A stretch of 64,000 nucleotides of DNA from Bacteroidota bacterium (GTDB lineage: Bacteria; Bacteroidota; Bacteroidia; UBA4408). Within the stretch, counting starts at the first letter, position 1; each line of letters starts with the position of its first letter. Made by a program: the position numbers and the translations under genes. Location of the stretch: contig JBKCNM010000089.1 of assembly GCA_046297395.1 (NCBI GenBank), positions 10,243-74,242 on the forward strand, written 5' to 3'. This document shows, one piece after another, positions 7,331-16,930 of the stretch. Below the pieces are notes generated by a model that worked only from the letters and a program-made list of their open reading frames with translations, had not been told where the DNA came from and did no database searches.

Positions 7331-10279
7331 TCACTGATTGATTCCTCCATAATTCTCCATGTCGTCGCAATGGTAATGGCGGCGGGGATTTTTTGATGCG
7401 GGAATGGTTTTCTCCCCTTTGCTTTTGAGACTGATCATTTTTTGGATGAGTTTTTTCTTCTCCAGTTCACAGGCCGCCTGAAGTTTTTTATCCTCCTCAC
7501 TGTCATACATAATGGCGCCCTCAATAAGTGTATATCTTGCTTTGGCTTTGAGGGTGAGTGGATCGTCTGTCCATAAAACAAGATCGGCATCCATTCCTTT
7601 TTGGATACTGCCCATTCGGTTGTCCAGGTGCAGGAGACGGGCGGGATTGAGGGTACACAATTTAAGTGCCTCTTCGGGCGACAGATTGCCGTATTTTATG
7701 GATTTGGCTGCCTCCTGATTCAGTCGTCTTGCCATTTCGGGATCATCGCTGTTGATGGCAGTTGTTATGCCCATGCGGGCAAGCAGGGCTGCATTTTGCG
7801 GAATGGCTTCCATCACTTCAAATTTATAAGCCCACCAGTCGGAGAATGAGCTGGCGCCCACACCGTGATTTTTCATCTTGTCGGCAACCTTGTATCCCTC
7901 GAGAATATGGGTAAAAGTATTGACCCTAAATCCGAAAGAATCTGCCACATGCATGAGCATGTTTATCTCGCCTTGCTGATAACTGTGGCAACTAATGAAT
8001 CTTTTCTTTTCCAGGATTTCAGAAAGAGTTTCTAAACCCAGGTCTTTTCGAAAAGGTTGCACTGCATTTTTTTTGCTTTTGCCATAGGCCTTCGCCCTGC
8101 CGAAATAGTCGGTAAAAACCTGTTCTACACCCATGCGGGTTTGCGGAAATCGTTGCATATACCGGTCGCCCCAGTTCGCCTGTTTCACATTTTCGCCCAA
8201 GGCAAACTTGATGAAGCCCTCTGCGTTTTCAATTTTCATTTTTGCAGGCAATGCTCCCCATTTGAGTTTGATGATGCCGCTTTGCCCTCCAATTGGGTTT
8301 GCAGAACCATGAAGCAGTTGCGCGGCCGTAACGCCGCCACTAAGTTGCCTGTAAATATTGATATCGTCCGGATTAATTACATCCCCTACCCTCACCTCTG
8401 CCGAGCTTGCATGGGTTCCCTCATTTACTCCGGAAGAGATGGCAATATGAGAATGCTCGTCAATAATCCCCGGAGTTAGATGCATGCCTTTGGCATCAAT
8501 CACAGTGGCCCCTGCAGATGGAAGTGACTTACCAAGTGAAACAATTTTACCATCAGCAATAAGTACATCTGTATCCTCCAATATGCCTGATGAAGTGTTG
8601 GTCCAAACGGTTGCATGGGTAAAAAGTAATTTCTGTGCAGGAGGATAATTTTTTCTGCCAAATGCCATGTTGGGGAAAGTCATCTCACTTACCATAGAAG
8701 CTAATTCGGTGGAGTCCGACTTCGCTTCAGGCAACAGGGAAACCCTCTGTAACTGCGCATAGATTCTGAGGCCGGAGGTGTCGGTAAAATAACCGGTGAG
8801 ATTTGTTTTTGAAGAATCAGCAAAGGAAAACAACATCGACTGAATGGAACCGCATTTGGGAAAGCTCGCAGAGAATCCCGACCACAACTGACGAATCTCT
8901 GTTTTGCATGAATCTTTTGTTGTTTTTAGAGATACCTTTCCTGCAAGCATATCAACAGAAACTTGATGGTTATTGTCTTTAAAAACCCCGGATGATGCAT
9001 GGTATTTTGAGGTAGCATGCAGATAAGGTTTTCCGAGAATCCAATGAGATTCGATTGTTGCGCCTTGTTGAAAGATATTTTTATCACTGACAAAAAAACA
9101 GGCTTTCGAACCGCTTTCCAGTTTACCAATATCATTGCGCTGCAATACTTTTGCCGGCTGTGTGGTGAGGGCTTTCAGCGCTGCCTGTTCAGACAATCCG
9201 CATCGGATAGCATGGCGCAGGTTTGTAAGAAAATCATTTTTTGAAATCAAGTCGGAGGAGGTAATGCAGAAAGTGAGTCCTGCTTTTTCGAGCATCTGTA
9301 GGTTGAAAGGAGCCTGTTCCCAATGTCTCAGGTCTGCCAATTCCACGATGGAAGCATCATATGGATTTTCCACATCGGGCATATGAGGAAACTGTACGGG
9401 AACCACCAGCTGCAATTTGCGGCGCGAGAGTTCTGCAGCCAAGGGGTATTCATTTCCGGAAGTTTTATAAATAAATTCTCTTTTAAATTCATCTGCAATT
9501 TCAGCAGCTCTCAAAATGTTGTATTTGTCGCGGCAATCGAAAATAGCGGGCATTTTTTGTTGTTTGATGAGGGCATCAAGTGACAGATTCGGCTCTATTT
9601 TTTGGCCGCCTGATGCATACCATTCAGCATCCAGCAGTGTTTGTCTGATAAGGGCAATGGCGCCCATCAGTGAAGAGGGATACTCTTGGCCTGAAGATCC
9701 TTTTTCAAAGGAATATTGGGAGGTAATTTCTTCTCCCAGGGTGAGGGTATTTTCATTGCCATTGCCCAGTGCAACAAGTGCAGATGTACCTCTCATAATG
9801 CCATCGGGCATACACACATTTGCGATACCAAAGCCTTGTTTGCGTAGATCCTCAGCCATCTGAGAAGAGGCTTTAAAGTGGGCGGCAGCTTTTTTTTCAG
9901 GCATTAGGGCGTCATTCCAGGCAACAATGCCGGTACGGCCTTTTTCATATTGGACTTTTTCCCGGGTTTTGGCCGGCATATCGGGCATTCCATAATGGCT
10001 GAACACATCAATAAAGGAAGGATAGATGAACTTTCCCTTCAAATCAAAAACCAGTGCGTTGGCAGGAACTGGGAGGTTTGTTCCCACCGCTTTTACAAGT
10101 CCGTTGCTCACAAGCATGGTGGCATCATGCAACACAGCATCATGTTTTGTGTAAATGGTCGCATGAGTAAAAGCATAGACCGTGTTATCGTTGAAACTTA
10201 CTCCCTGGATTGGAAAAGTTGACTGTGCGAAGAGCACGCCGCGCAAAAGAAAAAACAGAAGTGTGTAGGTAATTTTCAT
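7331..10279 (-). CDS. Large two-domain amidohydrolase family protein (secreted)
   Basis: About 982 aa from an internal ATG (MKITYTLLFFLLRGVLFAQS signal peptide); the ORF extends to 10321. It has HxH metal-ligand motifs (GIIDEHSHIAIS) and two amidohydrolase-like halves. Confidence 0.65.
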   Translation of the reverse strand: MKITYTLLFFLLRGVLFAQSTFPIQGVSFNDNTVYAFTHATIYTKHDAVLHDATMLVSNGLVKAVGTNLPVPANALVFDLKGKFIYPSFIDVFSHYGMPDMPAKTREKVQYEKGRTGIVAWNDALMPEKKAAAHFKASSQMAEDLRKQGFGIANVCMPDGIMRGTSALVALGNGNENTLTLGEEITSQYSFEKGSSGQEYPSSLMGAIALIRQTLLDAEWYASGGQKIEPNLSLDALIKQQKMPAIFDCRDKYNILRAAEIADEFKREFIYKTSGNEYPLAAELSRRKLQLVVPVQFPHMPDVENPYDASIVELADLRHWEQAPFNLQMLEKAGLTFCITSSDLISKNDFLTNLRHAIRCGLSEQAALKALTTQPAKVLQRNDIGKLESGSKACFFVSDKNIFQQGATIESHWILGKPYLHATSKYHASSGVFKDNNHQVSVDMLAGKVSLKTTKDSCKTEIRQLWSGFSASFPKCGSIQSMLFSFADSSKTNLTGYFTDTSGLRIYAQLQRVSLLPEAKSDSTELASMVSEMTFPNMAFGRKNYPPAQKLLFTHATVWTNTSSGILEDTDVLIADGKIVSLGKSLPSAGATVIDAKGMHLTPGIIDEHSHIAISSGVNEGTHASSAEVRVGDVINPDDINIYRQLSGGVTAAQLLHGSANPIGGQSGIIKLKWGALPAKMKIENAEGFIKFALGENVKQANWGDRYMQRFPQTRMGVEQVFTDYFGRAKAYGKSKKNAVQPFRKDLGLETLSEILEKKRFISCHSYQQGEINMLMHVADSFGFRVNTFTHILEGYKVADKMKNHGVGASSFSDWWAYKFEVMEAIPQNAALLARMGITTAINSDDPEMARRLNQEAAKSIKYGNLSPEEALKLCTLNPARLLHLDNRMGSIQKGMDADLVLWTDDPLTLKAKARYTLIEGAIMYDSEEDKKLQAACELEKKKLIQKMISLKSKGEKTIPASKNPRRHYHCDDMENYGGINQ

Positions 10280-10284
10280 TTTTA

Positions 10285-11310
10285 TCAGAATAACTGTCCG
10301 GAAGACTTGCCTAGATTCCATTTCCCAAGATGCTTAAAACTGAGTTCGGTGGCTTCCCTTCCTCTGGGTGTGCGCATGAGGTATCCCTCCTGAATCAAAA
10401 AGGGCTCATACACTTCTTCGATGGTATCTGCCTCTTCGCCCACGGCTGTGGCGATGGTATTTAAACCAACCGGACCACCTTTGAATTTATCGATGATGGT
10501 AGAAAGTATTTTAATGTCCATTTCATCGAGTCCATTTTCATCCACTTGAAGGGCTTTAAGTGCTGTTTTGGAAATGGCAAAATCAATGGTACCATTTCCC
10601 TTCACCTGCGCAAAGTCACGGGTGCGTCTGAGGAGGGCATTGGCAATACGAGGTGTGCCTCTGCTTCTGCGGGCGATTTCATAAGCCGCAACCTCTTCAA
10701 TCTCCACTTTTAAAATCCCTGAGGATCTTTGTATGATCGAGGTAAGCACTTGTGCATCATAATATTCTAACCTGGAATTGATGCCAAACCTTGCCCTTAA
10801 AGGCGAAGTGAGCATGCCTGAACGAGTGGTTGCACCGACCAGGGTAAAAGGATTCAGTTTGATTTGCACACTCCGAGCATTGGGGCCGGATTCAATCATG
10901 ATATCTATCCTGTAGTCCTCCATGGCAGAGTAAAGATATTCTTCAACGACTGGACTCAGGCGATGGATCTCGTCGATAAATAGAATGTCATTGGGCTCGA
11001 GGTTGGTGAGCAGACCGGCAAGATCGCCGGGCTTATCGAGCACCGGACCTGAAGTAACTTTGATGCCAACGCCCATTTCGTTAGCAAGAATGTTGGCAAG
11101 TGTGGTTTTTCCCAAACCGGGAGGACCATGGAGTAATGTATGGTCAAGAGGTTCTGCACGCATTTTGGCAGCCCCAACGAAAATCTCCAGGTTTTCGAGT
11201 ACTTTTTGCTGACCGGCAAAATCACCGAAACTCAGCGGTCTTAATACCTTTTCGAGTTCTTTTTCAACCGGCTCCATGCCTTCGCCTTCGGCGTCGAATA
11301 TTCGGCTCAT
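10285..11310 (-). CDS. ruvB: Holliday junction branch migration helicase RuvB
   Basis: Walker A '[19 protein letters not shown]' and a RuvB winged-helix C-terminus. The likely start is an internal ATG ([11 protein letters not shown]) at 11310. The listed ORF to 11493 is an upstream read-through. Confidence 0.9.
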   Translation of the reverse strand: MSRIFDAEGEGMEPVEKELEKVLRPLSFGDFAGQQKVLENLEIFVGAAKMRAEPLDHTLLHGPPGLGKTTLANILANEMGVGIKVTSGPVLDKPGDLAGLLTNLEPNDILFIDEIHRLSPVVEEYLYSAMEDYRIDIMIESGPNARSVQIKLNPFTLVGATTRSGMLTSPLRARFGINSRLEYYDAQVLTSIIQRSSGILKVEIEEVAAYEIARRSRGTPRIANALLRRTRDFAQVKGNGTIDFAISKTALKALQVDENGLDEMDIKILSTIIDKFKGGPVGLNTIATAVGEEADTIEEVYEPFLIQEGYLMRTPRGREATELSFKHLGKWNLGKSSGQLF

Positions 11311-11371
11311 TTCTGCAATATTAGCCAAATAGTATGACAAGCCGAAAACCCTGGCAGGAAATGCAGGGGAA

Positions 11372-11698
11372 TTAGTTCTGCATGGCGTTAATCCTTCGCT
11401 GGAGTTTGTGCCAACTGCCACCGTTGTAAACCTCATTGTAGCCTGATGACTCCAGAAATTTCTGGGCAGAGGCACTCCGCATCCCTGAGGCACAACAAGT
11501 AATTACCGGTCGATTTTTATTGAGCCTGTGTAAATTTTCCTCAAGTCTATGCAAGGGAATATTGAGCGAACCCGGAATATGGCCTTCGGAGTATTCCGTA
11601 TTGGTGCGGACATCAATAATTTGGGGATCTCTCAAAAAAGCATTTTCGATTTCATGCTTGGCAGAGAATCCAAGCCATTTCATAATAAAGGTTTTCAT
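11372..11698 (-). CDS. Rhodanese-like single-domain sulfurtransferase
   Basis: 108 aa with an active-site Cys loop ([11 protein letters not shown]) and a rhodanese fold signature ([20 protein letters not shown]). Confidence 0.8.
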   Translation of the reverse strand: MKTFIMKWLGFSAKHEIENAFLRDPQIIDVRTNTEYSEGHIPGSLNIPLHRLEENLHRLNKNRPVITCCASGMRSASAQKFLESSGYNEVYNGGSWHKLQRRINAMQN

Positions 11699-12899
11699 GT
11701 ATACTTATTTATTGGGTTGTTGTAACAAATTTAACTAAATAATCATGTTGAAACACCCTGAATTTGTTAATTAACAATTTTAGTTCATATCCATTGAACA
11801 CACATCAATTTCAAGAGCGCAAACAATTGTTACTTCTACACTAAGACACTGGGCAGCATATTTTTCTAAATGAAAACCACGCTGCAACAAGGAATAAAAT
11901 CAAAAAAAATATGGTTGACAATCAATGGTTGATGATCACAAACCTCTTGACATAAAAAGAAAGGAATTCCATCCTTTGGCTGTCAGTGCATGGTCAATCA
12001 ATAATAACCCCTTAGTTCGATATCACGATTATGGCAATATTCTTTATAGAGCTGCCGTTATAGCCTTTGGTATTTCTGAGAAAGATTTATTTTGGGCGCT
12101 AATCGGCATCAAATCTTAAAAAGTGAATTAGATGAAAGTAAGGACAACTATTCCATTAAAAGAGGCAAAAATATCTACAACCATTCTATTATTCGAAATC
12201 TGGTTCAAACACAATGCGTGATGTTTAAAAAAGAATGGGATCAGTCCTTCTTCATTCCATACATTCTTTTTTGTTTTTACATTTTCTTTTCTTTTTGCCT
12301 TACTTAATTATACGATTATCGTGGTACTTTGATATAGATTTTTTTTCATTCATACATAGCAAAGCATTTGAGAAGTTTTTATTCTCTTATATGTGTTGCT
12401 TTTTGCGGAATGACCTTGAAGTATATTTATCTGTTGTATCCTTGTGGTTCCTGTATGTAATTTCAGACACTATTATCAAATACCGAAAATTAAAATAGCT
12501 GAGAATAGCCCTTCTCATAATAGCAACTAAAAGAAATTGGCGGTCTTTTGCTCGATGAAAGATTTGTGGTAACAGAAATATTCTTTTCAGCAAAAGCATC
12601 GCGGTTAAAATCGACAGCTTCTATTGGCTGCAAACCTATTATTACTTAGACAAAATCCTTTTGTAACAATGTATAGATGAAAAAATTCTTTTCTGTGATT
12701 GATAGATAGTAAAGATCATCTCATCCTGGAACAAATAAAATAGAAGCCAAACAAGCAATTATTGCAGATGAAATTTTGAAATATATTTTCAGGCTGTCCG
12801 AGGTACGAAAAATCGAAACAAAAACCAGGTGGAATGATGCAGCCTGGAATCGTAAAGCTTCGCCAACAGATTAGCGAAGGAAGATGATGAATAAAATTT

Positions 12900-12907
12900 T
12901 ACATTTG
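12900..12907 (+). promoter_or_regulatory. Candidate Bacteroidota sigmaA -7 element (TACATTTG = TAnnTTTG) 21 nt upstream of the cupredoxin ATG
   Basis: Exact match to the TAnnTTTG consensus in the AT-rich leader. I did not identify a clear -33 TTTG. Confidence 0.3.
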
Positions 12908-12927
12908 AAAAAATTATAAAAACACAC

Positions 12928-13548
12928 ATGGCTAAAAAATTGATTTTTCTAGCGGCATCTTTCATTTGTTTCTCTGCTTTCTCAGCTACACATACCGTAT
13001 TGGTTTGGAGTGGATACATGAAGTTTGTCAACCCGGGCTGGGCAACAGATACCATCAGTATGATTCCCGGAGATACCATTCAATGGCTTCCACTCGATGC
13101 TCCTACCATGCCACACACCATCACCTCCACAACAATTCCTTCGGGTGCAGCAACTTTTGATCAAGTTTGGCAAATGCCATCTGATACTTTTTTCCGCTAT
13201 ATTCCCCAGATTCCGGGAATCTATCAGTATGTATGTACGCCACACATCAACATGGGCATGACCGGTATTTTCATCGTTGAAAGCAACCCAAGCAAAACCA
13301 GGGAATCGGTGCGCAATACAGAGGCCCTGCAATTGTTTCCAAACCCTGCCACCCGGAACATTGGTCTGGCAAGCGACAAATCACTTGCGGGTGTCGGTTA
13401 TTGGGTTACGGACATACAGGGAAAAATAGTTCTTTCAGGAAGCATCGGAACCTATTTCACCCTTATCCCCATTGAGAATCTTCCCGCAGGAACTTATTTT
13501 CTGCTTGCGGATGGAGGAAAATACCGGGAAAAAATTTTAAAACGCTAA
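12928..13548 (+). CDS. Secreted pseudoazurin-like type-1 copper protein (cupredoxin) with a T9SS C-terminal sorting domain
   Basis: 206 aa with a signal peptide (MAKKLIFLAASFICFSAFSA). The copper-site motif 'CTPHINMGM' matches the pseudoazurin C-T-P-H-x-x-M-G-M ligand loop, and an upstream His lies in 'TMPHTITS'. The C-terminal ~80 aa look like a Por/T9SS CTD (LFPNPATRNIGLA...YWVTDIQGKIV...GTYFLLADGGKYREKILKR). Confidence 0.7.
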   Translation: MAKKLIFLAASFICFSAFSATHTVLVWSGYMKFVNPGWATDTISMIPGDTIQWLPLDAPTMPHTITSTTIPSGAATFDQVWQMPSDTFFRYIPQIPGIYQYVCTPHINMGMTGIFIVESNPSKTRESVRNTEALQLFPNPATRNIGLASDKSLAGVGYWVTDIQGKIVLSGSIGTYFTLIPIENLPAGTYFLLADGGKYREKILKR

Positions 13549-13675
13549 AGCCGCTCATCGTCACAAAGCCTCTTATCTTCACCTTGCTGATGGATGAGGC
13601 CCTTTGCTGAATAAGCAATTTTCCTGTGCCGGGAACATTTGTATGTATGAATTATTAATTTAGCGCCCCAAGCCT

Positions 13676-14323
13676 ATGCATACCATTCTGGCAAACCAAA
13701 ACAGCGTCTTCAACAGCTTTATCGCCGAGATAAGAGACCGACGCATTCAGCAGGATTCGATGAGATTCCGCAGAAACCTCGAACGCATGGGAGAAATATT
13801 TGCGTACGAAATCAGCAAAGGCATGACCTATGCTTCACACGAAGTGACCACGCCTCTTGGCATTGCCAGTGTTGATTTGCCTCAGGAACAACCTGTGCTG
13901 GTCACCATTTTAAGGGCAGGACTACCATTGCATCAGGGTCTGTTGAACTACTTCGACAAATCCGAAAACGCATTTATCTCTGCATACCGGAAGCACCACA
14001 AAGATGGCAGTTTTGATGTACAGGTGGAATATCTCTCCAGTCCTGAACTTACAAACAAAACAGTGATTCTGAGTGATCCTATGCTTGCTACCGGAACCTC
14101 TATCCTGCTTGCCTACAAGGCATTGCTCAAGCGCGGTACGCCTTCTAAACTCCATGTTGTAACAGCCATTGGAAGCATGCAGGGCTTACAATTCATCGAA
14201 AGTCATCTTCCCTCTGATACGCACATTTGGCTGGGTGCACTCGACGAGGAATTAACGGCCCAGAGTTATATCGTTCCCGGTTTGGGTGATGCAGGTGACC
14301 TTGCCTTTGGAACAAAGATTTAA
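13676..14323 (+). CDS. upp: Uracil phosphoribosyltransferase
   Basis: 215 aa with the conserved UPRTase C-terminus (YIVPGLGDAGDLAFGTK) and a PRPP-binding region (VILSDPMLATGTS). Confidence 0.9.
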   Translation: MHTILANQNSVFNSFIAEIRDRRIQQDSMRFRRNLERMGEIFAYEISKGMTYASHEVTTPLGIASVDLPQEQPVLVTILRAGLPLHQGLLNYFDKSENAFISAYRKHHKDGSFDVQVEYLSSPELTNKTVILSDPMLATGTSILLAYKALLKRGTPSKLHVVTAIGSMQGLQFIESHLPSDTHIWLGALDEELTAQSYIVPGLGDAGDLAFGTKI

Positions 14324-14328
14324 TTGAT

Positions 14329-14850
14329 ATGAGAAAACCATTGGAATCTGAGTATCCGGAGTTTTACAAAAACTACATTCAGCGGATTCAAACTGATAAC
14401 CTTTTGCAAGTACTGGAGATTCAGATTCTTGAGATGCACAGTCTTCCCGGAAATGTTCCCGAAGAAAAAGAAAATTATGCCTATGCTCCCGGCAAATGGA
14501 CCATCAAAGGCGTGATTGGGCACCTCATTGATGTGGAAAGAATATTTGCCTACCGGGCACTTCGATTTGGCAGAGGCGATACACAAACGCCTTTGGCCGG
14601 TTTTGATGATTTTGCCTATGTGACCCGGGGAAAATTTGACAATCGTACTTATCATGACCTCGCCCATGAATTTTCACTGGCGAGAGAAGCAAACATCTGC
14701 CTATTTAAAAGTTTTTCCTCCGAAGAGTTGAACCTCATCGGTACTGCCAACAATGGCCAAATCTCCGTTCGAGCCCTCATTTATGCAATGGCAGGGCATT
14801 TCGACCATCACATGGAAGTTATTCGCGAGCGGTATCTGCAATTTGAATGA
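14329..14850 (+). CDS. DinB_2 family protein (second paralog)
   Basis: 173 aa with DinB-like His motifs (VIGHLIDVERIF; HFDHHMEVIRERY). Its end overlaps the ABC-F start (ATGA). Confidence 0.65.
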   Translation: MRKPLESEYPEFYKNYIQRIQTDNLLQVLEIQILEMHSLPGNVPEEKENYAYAPGKWTIKGVIGHLIDVERIFAYRALRFGRGDTQTPLAGFDDFAYVTRGKFDNRTYHDLAHEFSLAREANICLFKSFSSEELNLIGTANNGQISVRALIYAMAGHFDHHMEVIRERYLQFE

Positions 14851-16730
14851 ACCTGCTGTCTGCGGAAAAACTCGCCAAAACCTTCGGGGAAAAGCAACTC
14901 TTCTCCGACTTAAATTTGGGGCTGGCAAAAGGTGAGAAGGTAGCCTTGATTGCACCCAATGGATCCGGGAAATCAACCCTGCTCTCCATCCTTGCCGGCA
15001 TTGAAAAACCGGACCAGGGAAAAGTGGTTTACCGCAAGGACATCCGTATTGGATTTTTGCATCAGGATGCCAACATGCGCCCGGGTACCAGCATCGCCGA
15101 TTATCTTTTTGAGAGCGATCTTCCGGGCTTGCCTCTCATCAGGCAATACGAGGAAATGACAGAAAGGGTGCATACCCATCCGAACGACGAAAGTGCGAGC
15201 CTAAAGCTTATTGAACTGGCTCAGGAAATTGAGAAAGCAGATGCATGGAATATCGAATCTACCGTAAAACAGGTGCTCGGAAAGTTGGGAATACAAAACC
15301 TTGATCAGCCTTCAGATACCCTGAGCGGTGGACAAAAGAAAAGGCTTCAATTGGCCAAATTGCTGATTGCACAGCCGGATGTAATGATCCTGGATGAGCC
15401 AACCAATCACCTCGATCAGGAAGTGACCGAATGGCTGGAAAACTGGCTCGATAACTCAGAAATCACACTCCTGATGGTCACCCATGACAGGTATTTCCTG
15501 GATGGAATCTGTACCAAAATCATCGAACTCGACGAGGGTATTCTGTACAATTACAATGGCAATTTTGAATACTTTTTGGAGAAAAAAACAGAAAGAGAAA
15601 TCTCTTCACAGGCAGCCCTTGAAAAAAATCTGAACCTCTACAGAAGAGAACTTGAGTGGGTAAGAAAAATGCCCAAAGCCAGAGGGACAAAATCCAAGTC
15701 GAGGGTGCAGGCTTTTGATGCTTTGGGTGAAAAAGTAAGACGCAAAAAAACAGAAGATCCACTTGAGCTGAACATCAAAATGAACAGGGTGGGCGGCAAA
15801 GTATTGGAACTAAAAAAAGTGTACAAAAGCTTTGGTGATTTGCCCATTCTCCGCGGTTTCGATTATACATTCAAGACCGGCGAACGCATTGGAATTGTTG
15901 GTAAAAACGGCACCGGCAAATCAACTTTTTTAAATGTGATTCTGGGGCTTGAACCACCTGATTCGGGAAAAATAAATCCCGGAGAAACCATCGTATTCGG
16001 TTATTACACACAAACAGGACTGGTAGGAGCAGACCAAAAAAAAGTAATTGATTTGGTGAAAGAAATTGCGGATGTAATAGAAACCGCAGATGGAACAAAA
16101 GTGAGTGCATCCCGCTTTCTTCAACTCTTTCGGTTTCCACCCGAAAAACAAAATACACTCATCGGGAAACTCAGCGGTGGAGAAAAACGCAGACTTTGTT
16201 TATTGACTGTACTGGTTAAAAATCCAAACTTTTTAATTCTGGATGAGCCCACAAACGATTTGGATTTGCTTACCATGCTCACACTGGAAGATTTTCTGCG
16301 CCATTACAAAGGTTGCCTGTTGGTGGTTTCTCATGACCGTTACTTTCTCAATGCCATGGTAGACCATTTGTTTGTGTTCGAAGGAAATGGCAATATCAAA
16401 GACTTTCCGGGAACCTATGCTGAATACCGGGAGTGGTTGGAAAAAAACAAAAAAATCCAGATTCAGGTGCCCTCACAAAAACCGATTTCCGGCCAACCAA
16501 AAACCAACCAAAAACTCTCATTCAAGGAAAAGAGAGAACTTGATTTATTGGGTTCTGAAATAGCGCAAATGGAAGCAGAAAAAGCAGTTCTCACCCAAAA
16601 AATGTCGGAAGGCGATGCAGGGCACGAACAGATATACACTTGGGCAGAGCGACTCAGGGAAATTGAGCATCTCCTTGAGGAAAAAACCACCAAGTGGTTT
16701 GTCCTTTCAGAAAAAGAAGCACAAGGTTAA
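14847..16730 (+). CDS. ABC-F family ATPase (tandem nucleotide-binding domains, no membrane domain)
   Basis: 627 aa with two Walker A motifs (APNGSGKST; GKNGTGKST), two signatures (LSGGQKKRLQLA; LSGGEKRRLCL), an inter-domain linker, and a C-terminal coiled-coil/acidic tail. Confidence 0.85.
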   Translation: MNLLSAEKLAKTFGEKQLFSDLNLGLAKGEKVALIAPNGSGKSTLLSILAGIEKPDQGKVVYRKDIRIGFLHQDANMRPGTSIADYLFESDLPGLPLIRQYEEMTERVHTHPNDESASLKLIELAQEIEKADAWNIESTVKQVLGKLGIQNLDQPSDTLSGGQKKRLQLAKLLIAQPDVMILDEPTNHLDQEVTEWLENWLDNSEITLLMVTHDRYFLDGICTKIIELDEGILYNYNGNFEYFLEKKTEREISSQAALEKNLNLYRRELEWVRKMPKARGTKSKSRVQAFDALGEKVRRKKTEDPLELNIKMNRVGGKVLELKKVYKSFGDLPILRGFDYTFKTGERIGIVGKNGTGKSTFLNVILGLEPPDSGKINPGETIVFGYYTQTGLVGADQKKVIDLVKEIADVIETADGTKVSASRFLQLFRFPPEKQNTLIGKLSGGEKRRLCLLTVLVKNPNFLILDEPTNDLDLLTMLTLEDFLRHYKGCLLVVSHDRYFLNAMVDHLFVFEGNGNIKDFPGTYAEYREWLEKNKKIQIQVPSQKPISGQPKTNQKLSFKEKRELDLLGSEIAQMEAEKAVLTQKMSEGDAGHEQIYTWAERLREIEHLLEEKTTKWFVLSEKEAQG

Positions 16731-16930
16731 ACTGCTATCTCTTTTTAAAAAGACAATTTATTTTCTTGCGACTGATAGATTATTTAATGGAATGCATGGG
16801 AGTGTTTTCTTCACAAAAGCACTGAAGAATGAAACCGGGAATCTTTTCTGAATGCAAGAAAAATGCTGATAACTGCGAAAACATGCATCAACAAACAGAG
16901 AGAGTGATTGGTAAAAAAAGCCGAAAAAAC

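Noticed and set aside
11311-11493. N-terminal 61-aa extension of the ruvB ORF
   Set aside because: The extension is non-conserved and Pro/Gly/Cys-rich. The canonical RuvB N-terminus begins at the internal ATG (MSRIFDAEG), so the ORF finder simply ran upstream to the first alternative start.
11925-12599. Short ORFs (64-87 aa) in the AT-rich region, for example 12235..12498 'MGSVLLHSIHSFLFLHFLFF…'
   Set aside because: They are low-complexity F/L/I/K-rich translations, typical of AT-rich noncoding DNA. They mutually overlap, and none has a domain signature or an RBS-like context.
11699-12927. Possible CRISPR array or tRNA in the ORF-free gap
   Set aside because: I looked for regularly spaced direct repeats and found none. 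The only T-loop-like string ('GTTCGATAT' at about 12016) has no acceptor or anticodon stem pairing.
14847-16730. ABC-F protein as an antibiotic-resistance (ARE) determinant
   Set aside because: A tandem-domain ABC-F alone cannot be assigned to ARE versus housekeeping (Uup/EttA-like) classes without a linker-length or phylogenetic analysis. The chromosomal housekeeping context argues against an acquired resistance gene.
16731-16930. Possible terminator hairpin TCTTTTCT-GAATGCA-AGAAAA between the convergent ABC-F and GT22 genes
   Set aside because: The stem is all A/T and weak, with no clear flanking T-run on either strand. I do not think it deserves a feature call.
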